IMG/VR virus record: IMGVR_UViG_3300002835_000031
Source of the DNA: an uncultured virus (IMG/VR IMGVR_UViG_3300002835_000031)
Taxonomy: Duplodnaviria > Heunggongvirae > Uroviricota > Caudoviricetes
DNA: 64,000 nt
Strand: one strand, 5' to 3'
Position numbers and translations under genes: made by a program. This document shows, piece after piece, positions 39,575-47,795 of this stretch. Under the pieces are notes generated by a model. The model ran no database searches. It had not been told where the DNA came from and worked only from the letters and a program-made list of their open reading frames with translations. How positions within the stretch are numbered: the first letter of the stretch is position 1; each line of letters begins with the position of its first letter.

Positions 39575-41121
39575 TGGCAACTAAACAACCAGTTAATTCT
39601 TCGGGTATTATGACTTCATTAATGCAGTCCTTTACCGCAACAGCTAAAGATAAAGATATTGAAGCATTAAAAAAATCAATAGATAATTTATCTAAGATTT
39701 TAGAACGACGAGTAGGTAAAGTTAAAAAATCTTCTGAGTCTGCCGAGGATAAGGAAGATAAACAAAGAACACTGGTTGGTGATATTAAAGATTTTGGTAA
39801 AGGATTTATAACCCCATTTGCCGAAACAAAAAAATACATATTAGGGGGTAAGAATACAATGCCACCTAATATGAATTTAAAACCGGCAGAAGGTGAAGAA
39901 AAATCTGAAAATAAAGTATTAACATTATCGCAATTTAAAAATGAATTGCTAAAGATGAAAAATACAGAATTGGAAAAGAATATACTTGCGGAAGTGGTTG
40001 TAATACGAAAAATTGTTGCGCAAAAAGCTGGCTATGGTGATAATAAAAGTACAATACCTGCATTATCGGGTTCAGGGTTAGAACCTAACACCGAAGAAGA
40101 TAAACAAAGAGATAGAGAACTTTTGGCAGAAGCAATTGCAAAAAAATTAAAGGGTTTAGCAGACAATAATAAAGGTGGTGGGATAATTTCTAGTATACTT
40201 GAAGCCCTAGGATTAAAAGGATTGTTAGATGGCGGCCCAGGCAAAGGCAGAGGCAAAGGCAGAGGCAAAGGTGGCAAAGTGCCACCGGCAGGCGGAAAAG
40301 TTCCAGGAAAAATGGGGTTGGGTGGAAGATTATTAGGTCCGGCTAGTCTTGCATTGGGTGCGTATGAAGCAAGTGAATTTTTAGGTGAAACTGAGTATGG
40401 CAACAATATGTCAAAAGGTGCAGGCAAGGCTGCAGAGACGGCATTTAGAGAAAATGTTGCCCCCACTATCGATCCTGTTAAAACGGGCATGACTCCTGAA
40501 CAAGCAAGAAATGCTTTAGGGGGAAGCAATCGAGATATAGAAAAATTAGGTGGAAGAGAAGCTCTATTAAAAATAGCTAATACTGATTTTGAAAGTTCCA
40601 GTTCTTCTAAAGATTTAAAAGAACAAATTAGAATAAAAGAACAAAGTCTTAAGACATCTGGGCCGATGCTTAATGCAGAATATAGAGATAAGTTGCAAAC
40701 AGATATAGACACGTTGAACAAACGTATTCCTACTGCAGATATGCCAGACCAAATGGCGGCAGAGACCGCAAGATTAAATCGTTATTCCAATATTGAAACA
40801 AAACAATCATCTGCAACTGCAGAAAATGTTGTGCCAAAACAAGATCAATCGTTAGAATCAACTCTTGCCAATAGTTTTAAAAATGAAACTCTTAAACAAT
40901 TAAAAGCTGCTACAACCGGCGACCAAAAAATAGATTTATTAAACCAATTAGAAAATGTAAATATGGATCTAAAAGATTCTATGGGATCTATGTCGCAAAT
41001 ACTTGCACCTATGATATCGAATAGAACTGTAGATAACAGTACCCAACAATTTGTAACATCTCCTCCAAGACCATATCCAAATTCAAACGGAGTTGATCGT
41101 TGGCAAGATAAGCGGTACTAA
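39574..41121 (+). CDS. hypothetical protein, possible tape-measure/hub (gp29-like)
   Basis: 515 aa, helical and charged with a G/K-rich segment; last gene of the plus-strand baseplate unit. Confidence 0.5.
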   Translation: MATKQPVNSSGIMTSLMQSFTATAKDKDIEALKKSIDNLSKILERRVGKVKKSSESAEDKEDKQRTLVGDIKDFGKGFITPFAETKKYILGGKNTMPPNMNLKPAEGEEKSENKVLTLSQFKNELLKMKNTELEKNILAEVVVIRKIVAQKAGYGDNKSTIPALSGSGLEPNTEEDKQRDRELLAEAIAKKLKGLADNNKGGGIISSILEALGLKGLLDGGPGKGRGKGRGKGGKVPPAGGKVPGKMGLGGRLLGPASLALGAYEASEFLGETEYGNNMSKGAGKAAETAFRENVAPTIDPVKTGMTPEQARNALGGSNRDIEKLGGREALLKIANTDFESSSSSKDLKEQIRIKEQSLKTSGPMLNAEYRDKLQTDIDTLNKRIPTADMPDQMAAETARLNRYSNIETKQSSATAENVVPKQDQSLESTLANSFKNETLKQLKAATTGDQKIDLLNQLENVNMDLKDSMGSMSQILAPMISNRTVDNSTQQFVTSPPRPYPNSNGVDRWQDKRY

Positions 41122-41138
41122 CCTACATATGCTGCCAC

Positions 41139-41172
41139 AAAAAAGCCCAGAATTAACTGGGCTTTTCTTTTT
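41139..41172. terminator. bidirectional intrinsic terminator
   Basis: AAAAAA-GCCCAG-aattaa-CTGGGC-TTTTCTTTTT between convergent genes. Confidence 0.88.
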
Positions 41173-41416
41173 ACTTCTTAGCTTTTTCGGCAGCTAACTC
41201 TTCAGGTCGTTTAACAGTTGGCTTTGGAAGTTTCTCTTCTTTGGCCGCCCCTTCCTTTTTCTCTATTTTAATAACACCCGGTGTTGCTGTAGGTGTCGGT
41301 GCTGCAGGCTTTGCCTTTACAGCCTTTGCTGGCTCTTTTTTCTTTTCTGCAGGCTCTGCTGCAAAACCTGAATGAGCCATAGCCATTGCGGCTAGAAATA
41401 CAATAAGGGATTTCAT
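41171..41416 (-). CDS. small secreted Lys/Ala/Pro-rich protein
   Basis: GGAG RBS then MKSLIVFLAAMAMAHSGFA signal peptide; low-complexity mature part. Confidence 0.7.
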   Translation of the reverse strand: MKSLIVFLAAMAMAHSGFAAEPAEKKKEPAKAVKAKPAAPTPTATPGVIKIEKKEGAAKEEKLPKPTVKRPEELAAEKAKK

Positions 41417-41447
41417 GTTATCTTCTCCAAAAAGAATAGTCGCAAGC

Positions 41448-42380
41448 TTAGTCATCGCTCGCTAGTTTTGAGAAATATGACAATGATTCATCATCGTCAT
41501 CAAAGTCAACTTCCTTTGTAGGAGCTGCCTTTGGCGCGGCTGCTGGGCGTGCTGCAGATGTTGCAGGTTGCACATAATTTGCATCTTCACCCAATGTAAC
41601 TTCTTCTGCCTTCTTAATTGCAGATGTACCTCCAGAAAGAACCATGTCTAGTTTTTTCTTAAGATCGTCATATGACTTGAAGTTTTTAGGGTCAAGAAAC
41701 GCTGTAAGAGAATGTTGCTTATTCCAAATATTCTCGATAATAGAATCATCCTCGGAAATTGGGCTTGGTGTATCAAACTCTGATTTATCGTAATTGCGAT
41801 ATCCTTCCACATTACGAATTTTTAATTTAAAGTTTGCACCTTCCCAAAAGTCGAACGGATTAAGTGGCTTTTCGTCCTCGAACTGTGGCTCAGCAACATC
41901 CTTAATTTTGTCGAAAATCTTTTTACCAAACTTAAACAAAAATACTTTGCCTTCATTTTCAGGGTGCTTAGAATCCTGAACGATAAGAATATTTGTGTAG
42001 TAAGTTAGTTTACGCTTTTGTTTTCGAGCAACTTCTTTATTGGCCTCTGAGCCAGAATTCCATAACTCAGTATTAAACTCAGATACAGGATCAGTCTTGC
42101 CAATAGTTGTTAGTGAATTTTCAATGTACCATTTCCCTGTTGGGCCTTGGAAACCGTGATTCCAAACTCTAACCCATGGAAGTTCTTCGCCCTTAGGAGG
42201 AGCTAAGAAGCGAATGACAGCGTAGCCGTTACCCGCTTTGTCAACCTCAGGTTGCCAGAAACGGTCGTCATTTCTATTGTTAGATTCGGATTGTGGATTT
42301 GCGATCTTTTCAACTTCTTTCATTAAAGAATCGAAGCCGCCTCGTGATTTGCGGAGATCTGCTAGTGATGTGAATGCCAT
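41448..42380 (-). CDS. gp32: single-stranded DNA-binding protein
   Basis: DDRFW..VDKAGNGYAVIRFL, WYIENSLTT, GANFKLKIR, NYDKSEF and acidic C-terminus SYFSKLA. Confidence 0.97.
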   Translation of the reverse strand: MAFTSLADLRKSRGGFDSLMKEVEKIANPQSESNNRNDDRFWQPEVDKAGNGYAVIRFLAPPKGEELPWVRVWNHGFQGPTGKWYIENSLTTIGKTDPVSEFNTELWNSGSEANKEVARKQKRKLTYYTNILIVQDSKHPENEGKVFLFKFGKKIFDKIKDVAEPQFEDEKPLNPFDFWEGANFKLKIRNVEGYRNYDKSEFDTPSPISEDDSIIENIWNKQHSLTAFLDPKNFKSYDDLKKKLDMVLSGGTSAIKKAEEVTLGEDANYVQPATSAARPAAAPKAAPTKEVDFDDDDESLSYFSKLASDD

Positions 42381-42425
42381 AGTATGTCCTTTCGTATTAA
42401 CGGTGTATGGTTTTTCGTTTTAGTA

Positions 42426-42614
42426 TTAACGTTTTTTAAATTTTTGATTAGCGTATGCATAATCTAGGTACTCATCAAACGCATCGTCGTCTTTATTGAA
42501 CGATGCTACATTATATATAATCTTTCGATGCTTGTCAATCTTCTGTGTGCCCTTTTCAACTCGGCGCATTTTCTTCTCACGATCATTATAATCGTTCTTC
42601 TTAAACTTTTCCAT
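42426..42614 (-). CDS. hypothetical protein
   Basis: 62-aa basic ORF with upstream AGGAG. Confidence 0.6.
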   Translation of the reverse strand: MEKFKKNDYNDREKKMRRVEKGTQKIDKHRKIIYNVASFNKDDDAFDEYLDYAYANQKFKKR

Positions 42615-42643
42615 TTTAAAAAATCAAGGCTCCTACCTTAAAG

Positions 42644-42865
42644 TTAAACATCTTCTTTACCCTTAGCTTTAACCTTTAGGAAAGGCCAAGCTGTCATTCT
42701 TTTATTTAATTCCATTTGACTGTGCGCCAACTTAATTAAGTATCTTTGAGTTTCTTTCAAAGATTCCTGAGTCGTAAAAAGCGATTCTTGTAACATTAAA
42801 ATATCTTGTTCTAAACGCTTAATCTTTTGCGTTTTTAGTTCCAACTCGTCTTCTAAAGATTGCAT
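42644..42865 (-). CDS. hypothetical coiled-coil protein
   Basis: 73-aa ORF overlapping the end of gp59. Confidence 0.55.
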   Translation of the reverse strand: MQSLEDELELKTQKIKRLEQDILMLQESLFTTQESLKETQRYLIKLAHSQMELNKRMTAWPFLKVKAKGKEDV

Positions 42866-43439
42866 CGTATTTTTCCATGTCGATTAAAAGAAAAGGTTTG
42901 TACTTTTTAATAAGTCTAGAAACATCAGGCCACACTACGGTGTCACTAATCTCTCGATCAAACCTCTCGGTAAATTTATTTAGTCTTTCCAATATCACTA
43001 AAGTTTCTATACTAATTGTGTTTCGTAAGAATGCTTTAATTATATATGGATGCTGACCTTTTGACACCGCAAAAATATCCTCAATTTTTAGATTGGATTC
43101 TTCCAAATCATTAATAATATTATCCAATTCTTGTTCGAAATTATAGGATAAACTCTCGACTCGCTTTTTCCATTCTTTATATCGTTGACCTGCTTCTAAA
43201 TCAAACATTCCGCCCCAGCGATCACCTGACACAAAATTTGCTACTAAAAAATTTGCAACTTCTTCATCTGAATAGCTTTTTGCAATTTTTCTAATTGAGA
43301 ACAAATCTTTACGCTTAGCATATGCTTGACGACTTGCCCTCACTCTGCCCTTTTGTTGAATTACATCATAATTGTCTGTTGTGAAATGTAATCGCAAAGC
43401 TAAGTACATTTTATAAACTGAATATTCATCCATTATCAT
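42819..43439 (-). CDS. gp59: helicase loader
   Basis: YKMYLALRLHFTTDNYD, FLVANF, ISIETLVIL and KKYKPFL motifs; 33-59-32 synteny. Confidence 0.92.
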   Translation of the reverse strand: MIMDEYSVYKMYLALRLHFTTDNYDVIQQKGRVRASRQAYAKRKDLFSIRKIAKSYSDEEVANFLVANFVSGDRWGGMFDLEAGQRYKEWKKRVESLSYNFEQELDNIINDLEESNLKIEDIFAVSKGQHPYIIKAFLRNTISIETLVILERLNKFTERFDREISDTVVWPDVSRLIKKYKPFLLIDMEKYDAIFRRRVGTKNAKD

Positions 43440-43705
43440 AGGGGTAATTTACCACGCGGCCTCATATAGTTTTGCTCTTCTGCCTCATTTTGAATCTTAT
43501 CTTTTAGTGATTGATTAATTAGATTGGCAACGGCCGCAACATCAATATCAATTTCATTGCAGTATTGTATTACTGCATCCATATATCCTATACTTTCAGA
43601 TAAGACCTTTTCTTCAATATACAAAGAGAATTCATTTTGTGATCTGAATCTTTTGGTAATAATTAAACTGTCGGTCAATACTTCATTTAAATTAAGTTCT
43701 GTCAT
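43436..43705 (-). CDS. gp33: late transcription coactivator
   Basis: FSLYIE...YMDAVIQYC..IDID...LINQSLKDKIQNEA...KLPL. Confidence 0.9.
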   Translation of the reverse strand: MTELNLNEVLTDSLIITKRFRSQNEFSLYIEEKVLSESIGYMDAVIQYCNEIDIDVAAVANLINQSLKDKIQNEAEEQNYMRPRGKLPL

Positions 43706-44376
43706 TCGATCTCTGGAAATAAAATTTCATCCATAAAGGTTCTAAACACAGTTTGATCTATGCCAAGGGTAGTCATCATTGCTGGGGTGTGGGGATTCAT
43801 CTTTTGAAATTTACAATAGTTGTTGTATCTCTCTTTATATGACTCTCCGGTTTTTTCTACTTGTCCTACATTATAAAGGTAAACGTGCAAGCTTTCAATA
43901 GCTAGATCGGACAATTTGTCCAATTCTTCTTCTTCGGATATATTGCCCGCCGCAATCATTCCGGGACTAAAAATTTGAGTTGCCCACTCAGGCAATATTC
44001 TTGGTTTATTCCATTCTAATTTAGATGAACGATCAATAAACCAAGTATACAAATCACAATTTCCGTTTTTAGAAAAATCATGGAATGCACCTGTAATTTT
44101 GCTAGCTCCGCACACTACATCAAATCCAAAGATTGGAGTAGGATCATCAAACTCTGGAAAAATTGTCATGTGCATAACCCAGATCTTTTTTGCTTCGCGC
44201 GCATCAACAATTTCCACATGGGCTCTGCGATAATTCTTCGAAGTAAAAATATAATTTTCCCAAAGATATCCTTTTCCTTGTTCTGCGGTATATTTTAATT
44301 CATCATCTGTTGTTTGTTCCAATGTCTCAAGAATATTTTGAGACAACGGAATCATTTTATCCCATACTAAAGACAT
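43702..44376 (-). CDS. pcyX: ferredoxin-dependent bilin reductase, PcyX-like
   Basis: RRAHVEIVDARE, MHMTIFP, PIFGFDVV, KITGAFHDFS, LPEWATQIFS and QKMNPHT motifs; adjacent to heme oxygenase. Confidence 0.85.
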   Translation of the reverse strand: MSLVWDKMIPLSQNILETLEQTTDDELKYTAEQGKGYLWENYIFTSKNYRRAHVEIVDAREAKKIWVMHMTIFPEFDDPTPIFGFDVVCGASKITGAFHDFSKNGNCDLYTWFIDRSSKLEWNKPRILPEWATQIFSPGMIAAGNISEEEELDKLSDLAIESLHVYLYNVGQVEKTGESYKERYNNYCKFQKMNPHTPAMMTTLGIDQTVFRTFMDEILFPEIE

Positions 44377-44903
44377 TAGTTAAATTCCTTAACAATTTGT
44401 ATGTTATAATCAAATCCTACACAGGCTTCTTTGCCCATATCGTCTTTTAATTTAGCTCGGAACTTTTCTGTTAATTCTTCTTTATTTTCAAACTGAAACA
44501 TTTTGCCTGAACCAGGAACAAGCTTAGCAAAAATTTGGCCGCCATTTAAATCACCTAAGTATCTTACATACATATGTGCAATTAAATCATCATGCTTAGT
44601 AATGTCCATGATATACTGAATATACTTTAATGTAGATTCTTTAATCGTATATGTTTTATCTGGTACAGCTAATTCCTGAAAATCTTCAAAGATTGCTTTA
44701 GATCTATAAAGGCCAGGGATACCTTCATACGCACCTAATTTTGGACCTGCAATGTTTTCCATTGCATGATATACTAAGTATAGTTGATAGAGGTATTCCG
44801 CATACTTATTTTTATCAACTCTCTTCTGAAAGATTTCTTTAATAAATGATTGCGTTTCCGCTTCTTTATGTTTTTCGTGTGTTTGTTCTTTTAATGTAGA
44901 CAT
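44376..44903 (-). CDS. hemO: heme oxygenase
   Basis: LKEQTHEKHKEAE (proximal His) and AHMYVRYLGDLNGGQI signature; start taken at MSTLKE. Confidence 0.92.
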   Translation of the reverse strand: MSTLKEQTHEKHKEAETQSFIKEIFQKRVDKNKYAEYLYQLYLVYHAMENIAGPKLGAYEGIPGLYRSKAIFEDFQELAVPDKTYTIKESTLKYIQYIMDITKHDDLIAHMYVRYLGDLNGGQIFAKLVPGSGKMFQFENKEELTEKFRAKLKDDMGKEACVGFDYNIQIVKEFN

Positions 44904-44907
44904 AATT

Positions 44908-45219
44908 TTATTTAAATAATATAAGTGCAAGTAGAGTTGAGTGAATAATAAAACCTGCACCGATTGTTACAACGTGAAGAATATCTTTAAGTATTACTGC
45001 TCTAACAAACAGCATAGATAATCCCGCCCAAATAAACAAAATAAGATCAACCGGTGGCATCTTATCTGATAGTCCAGACATTACGGAAATCATTGTTGGC
45101 ACAGTTGCGGCATGAATAAGAACAATTCCAATCCATGAAATCGTTTCTGCAGTAGCAACCGTTAATGTTGTTTTGCAATAATTAATAACATCTTGTAGTG
45201 TGGGGTATTTAAAGTTCAT
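44908..45219 (-). CDS. small membrane protein
   Basis: 103 aa with about three hydrophobic segments. Confidence 0.75.
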   Translation of the reverse strand: MNFKYPTLQDVINYCKTTLTVATAETISWIGIVLIHAATVPTMISVMSGLSDKMPPVDLILFIWAGLSMLFVRAVILKDILHVVTIGAGFIIHSTLLALILFK

Positions 45220-45222
45220 AAT

Positions 45223-45753
45223 TTATTTGTAAAAAATGTGATTGCCAATTTGTGCGATTTGTTGTCGTTTCCATCCAGGTGAAACGTATGTTGCGTGATA
45301 ATAAAGTGCTTCAGTTAGACCAGCTAATCGGAATCCCTCAAGTAATACTTTCTTAGCTACCTCATATGATTCTCTATATGCGGATTGGTGAATAGGTCTT
45401 GTCTTTGTAGAAGTTTCGCAGTACCAACTAAACTGACAAATAACTTTTTCATACACTACGTTCTTTTGATATACAACTTTACATATATCGTTTGGAAATC
45501 CAGCATTTGCTGCTCTATTCATTGTTACTTGAGCCACTGCGACTTTACCTTCGAATGGTTCACTTCTTGCTTCGTGGTAAATATTTTTTGCCAAACAATC
45601 CAATTGCTGTTCTCTAACTGCAACCGTTGCTTTAGTATCGTTAAAATTTAGTTGTTTTAAATTTTGTAGTTTCGATGTTGTTACTTGTGTTAGTATTGAT
45701 ACCAACAATACTGCAGATACTGCTACTAAAAATGTTTGTGTATATGTTTTCAT
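45223..45753 (-). CDS. SleB-like cell wall hydrolase (Hydrolase_2)
   Basis: CLAKNIYHEARSE, VAQVTMNR, CQFSW, ALYYHATYV and IGNHIFY motifs; N-terminal hydrophobic anchor. Confidence 0.92.
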   Translation of the reverse strand: MKTYTQTFLVAVSAVLLVSILTQVTTSKLQNLKQLNFNDTKATVAVREQQLDCLAKNIYHEARSEPFEGKVAVAQVTMNRAANAGFPNDICKVVYQKNVVYEKVICQFSWYCETSTKTRPIHQSAYRESYEVAKKVLLEGFRLAGLTEALYYHATYVSPGWKRQQIAQIGNHIFYK

Positions 45754-45790
45754 TTATCTATGCAAGGGGATTTCTCCCCCTGCCTTCAGA

Positions 45791-46063
45791 TTACTTTTTA
45801 CTAATAGTCTTTATATTATCTTGAGGAATGTTAGAAACAAAGCCATTCAATACATGAGCCTTTGCAATAATATCAGTTTCTGAGGGGTAGGCTGGAAAGC
45901 CTGGGTGATCCGGAGGTGTTTGGCCAGCATGTTTAGCTGTCTCTACCTTAGTAGACCAATCGTTAGATATTACTTCACGTTTACCGTAGTAATCGTCACC
46001 AAGCATATCTTTGGCCATTTTTAAAAGTTCTAATCTAATTTCGAACGGTGTCATATTACTCAT
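45791..46063 (-). CDS. phage hypothetical protein
   Basis: MTPFEIRLELLKMAKDML...YPSETDIIAKA..LNGFVS; strong AAGGAG RBS. Confidence 0.8.
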   Translation of the reverse strand: MSNMTPFEIRLELLKMAKDMLGDDYYGKREVISNDWSTKVETAKHAGQTPPDHPGFPAYPSETDIIAKAHVLNGFVSNIPQDNIKTISKK

Positions 46064-46098
46064 TTTAATCTCCTTGTGTGTATGAGTGTTTGTAAAAT

Positions 46099-46444
46099 GG
46101 TTAGTTATTCTGTTACGAGGAAACTAACCGAAACCCTAGCTACCTTATTTAGGCGGCAATGCGAAACTGTGAGTCGTTTGCGTTTACTTTGTTTTAGTTT
46201 TAACATCTACTCTGATGTGCTGTCCACTCTGGTACTCTTTACCCTGTCGAATCTATTTCAGGCCCATCATAAAGACTTTTCCAACGATTGTGTGCTTCGA
46301 AATAACTAATCCAAACACACCCTTCGCATCCTTTACCGCAACAAGAATTTGGCTTTTGCGGTTCGGGCGGTAAATCTTTATGGTGGACCTGGCGGGATTC
46401 GCACCCGCGTCCAGAATCTGTTTCTCTTTGCTTCATACAGCAAT
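46099..46444 (-). ncRNA. ssrA: circularly permuted (two-piece) tmRNA gene
   Basis: Acceptor piece first (about 46444-46381: GGAC-GCGGG-TGCGAAT-CCCGC-CAGGTCC-A-CCA), then a 115-nt intervening segment, then the coding piece from 46265 (GGGCCTG..GATTCGAC). The 7-bp acceptor stem has the G3.U alanine determinant. Tag ANDSQFRIAA* at 46181-46149; terminal hairpin GGTTAGTT..AACTAACC. Confidence 0.93.
46239..46436 (-). CDS. small Cys-rich oxidoreductase-like-domain protein overlapping the tmRNA gene
   Basis: PPEPQKPNSCCGKGCEGCVWISYFEAHNRW resembles the Oxidored-like (PF09791/OXLD1) pattern; no SD, so translation is unproven. Confidence 0.5.
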   Translation of the reverse strand: MKQRETDSGRGCESRQVHHKDLPPEPQKPNSCCGKGCEGCVWISYFEAHNRWKSLYDGPEIDSTG

Positions 46445-46450
46445 AACTCT

Positions 46451-46479
46451 ATTATAACGCCTTTTGTTTAAGAAGTCAA
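46451..46479 (-). promoter_or_regulatory. sigma70 promoter of the tmRNA gene
   Basis: TTGACT-N17-TATAAT; predicted +1 about 46444. Confidence 0.85.
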
Positions 46480-47142
46480 AAGTTGTTTGTCCTTTTCGTA
46501 TAAATCTCTATACTCTAATAATTTGGTTACCCAATTATCTCGTTTTTCGACAAATACTTGCGGATCATCGTTTTCAACTGCCATAATAATAACTAATTTA
46601 CTTACAGGTACCCCTGTTCGTTCTTCATACATAACTGCATATGCAGCACATTGCATAAAGTAATTATGAATGTGATCTTTATCTTTTCGTCTACTAGACG
46701 TTTTATAATCTATAATTGCTAAGCGACCTTCATATTCGGCAACACAATCTACAGTCCCCGCCAATCTTAAATGATCGGAATATAATCTTTGTTCTTGAAC
46801 ATGAACATTGTTAATTTTGTGTAAATATGGAATAATACTTTCAAACAATTCTCTTTGAAATACTGGAATTGTATCTAGCACATTTACATTATTAAGATAA
46901 TTCTCACAATGTAAGTGCATTTTAGTGCCACGTCTTGCAGCTGCACTTGCAATTTTATTTGCTTGTTCTTCACCTACTCTTTTACGCCATTCCATCAGAC
47001 CTTGTTTACCATGTGCTGATAAAACAGTGGTTACCGAAGGATATTTTTTACCATTCGGTGTTGCGTAAAATCTTACTCCATCTTCTCGAGTAACTTGTTC
47101 CAGTTTCTCAAATTCTTTCACCTTAACATGATTATAAATCAT
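46468..47142 (-). CDS. PD-(D/E)XK exonuclease
   Basis: YPSVTTVL, RGTKMH, LAGTVDC, IIDYKTS and QCAAYA motifs. Confidence 0.9.
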   Translation of the reverse strand: MIYNHVKVKEFEKLEQVTREDGVRFYATPNGKKYPSVTTVLSAHGKQGLMEWRKRVGEEQANKIASAAARRGTKMHLHCENYLNNVNVLDTIPVFQRELFESIIPYLHKINNVHVQEQRLYSDHLRLAGTVDCVAEYEGRLAIIDYKTSSRRKDKDHIHNYFMQCAAYAVMYEERTGVPVSKLVIIMAVENDDPQVFVEKRDNWVTKLLEYRDLYEKDKQLLTS

Positions 47143-47144
47143 TC

Positions 47145-47783
47145 TTATTCCTGTAATATTTCCACTGCGTGATTGTAGTGTTTAAGTCTATCTTCAAGAC
47201 CAATAAATCCACCATTGATTTTCTTTGTCATCATTTTAATATCTTGCGCATCAGCAAGCACATTTAAATTATTAGCATTCCAGAACCAGCATGCAGAATT
47301 TAACGCATAGTAGGGTTGAACTAGAATATCAGGTTGTTCTAATAAAGTATGATCGTCAAAAAATGCTTCAGAACATTTTGTGTAATTATGTTTACCTGTT
47401 AATTGAATTAAGCCTCTGCCTCTAAATTTCCAACCCTCACCACTTGCTTCGTCTCCATTACCCATTCTATTTGCGTACACTTTATTAGCAATCTTTTCAG
47501 GTTGTCTTGCGTATTGGGTTGCGATTTGAGGATTAGGAAAATACTTACCAAATATCTTTTGCAGGCCATCTGCACTATAGTTAAGATTTTCTTGCATAAT
47601 CGCAAATCCGCCAGATTCATGAGCGCATTGTGCAATAAATGCAGAGACTCGAGCGATATCGTTGATACCATATTGCGGTAAAGTTTCTACCATTGAGTCA
47701 TACCACTCTTGGTGGTTTTTAACTCGAGGTAATAAATGCTGTACTTTGTCTAATGTGAAATCGAAATCAAATCCATCTGCCAT
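47145..47783 (-). CDS. GH19 (chitinase-class) endolysin
   Basis: FIAQCAHESGGF, ENLNYS, FRGRGLIQLTG, SACWFW and TKKINGG motifs. Confidence 0.93.
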   Translation of the reverse strand: MADGFDFDFTLDKVQHLLPRVKNHQEWYDSMVETLPQYGINDIARVSAFIAQCAHESGGFAIMQENLNYSADGLQKIFGKYFPNPQIATQYARQPEKIANKVYANRMGNGDEASGEGWKFRGRGLIQLTGKHNYTKCSEAFFDDHTLLEQPDILVQPYYALNSACWFWNANNLNVLADAQDIKMMTKKINGGFIGLEDRLKHYNHAVEILQE

Positions 47784-47795
47784 TTGTATTATCCT

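Noticed and set aside
40032..40721. 229-aa minus-strand ORF
   Set aside because: Antisense to the 515-aa gene; its Pro/Leu runs mirror the GKGR repeat.
43702..44903. Cyanophage identity inferred from bilin genes
   Set aside because: Reductase motifs look PcyX-like and no psbA, hli or other cyanophage markers occur in the window; the host remains undetermined.
46076..46309. 77-aa plus-strand ORF
   Set aside because: Antisense to the tmRNA coding piece; no RBS or recognisable motif.
46381..46412. tRNA gene suggested by T-arm plus CCA
   Set aside because: No anticodon or D arm upstream; the matching 5' acceptor strand lies downstream with a tag ORF, so it is a permuted tmRNA.
46468..47142. 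Cas4 / CRISPR-associated nuclease
   Set aside because: Lacks the four-Cys Fe-S arrangement and cas context; fits the ordinary phage PD-(D/E)XK exonuclease.
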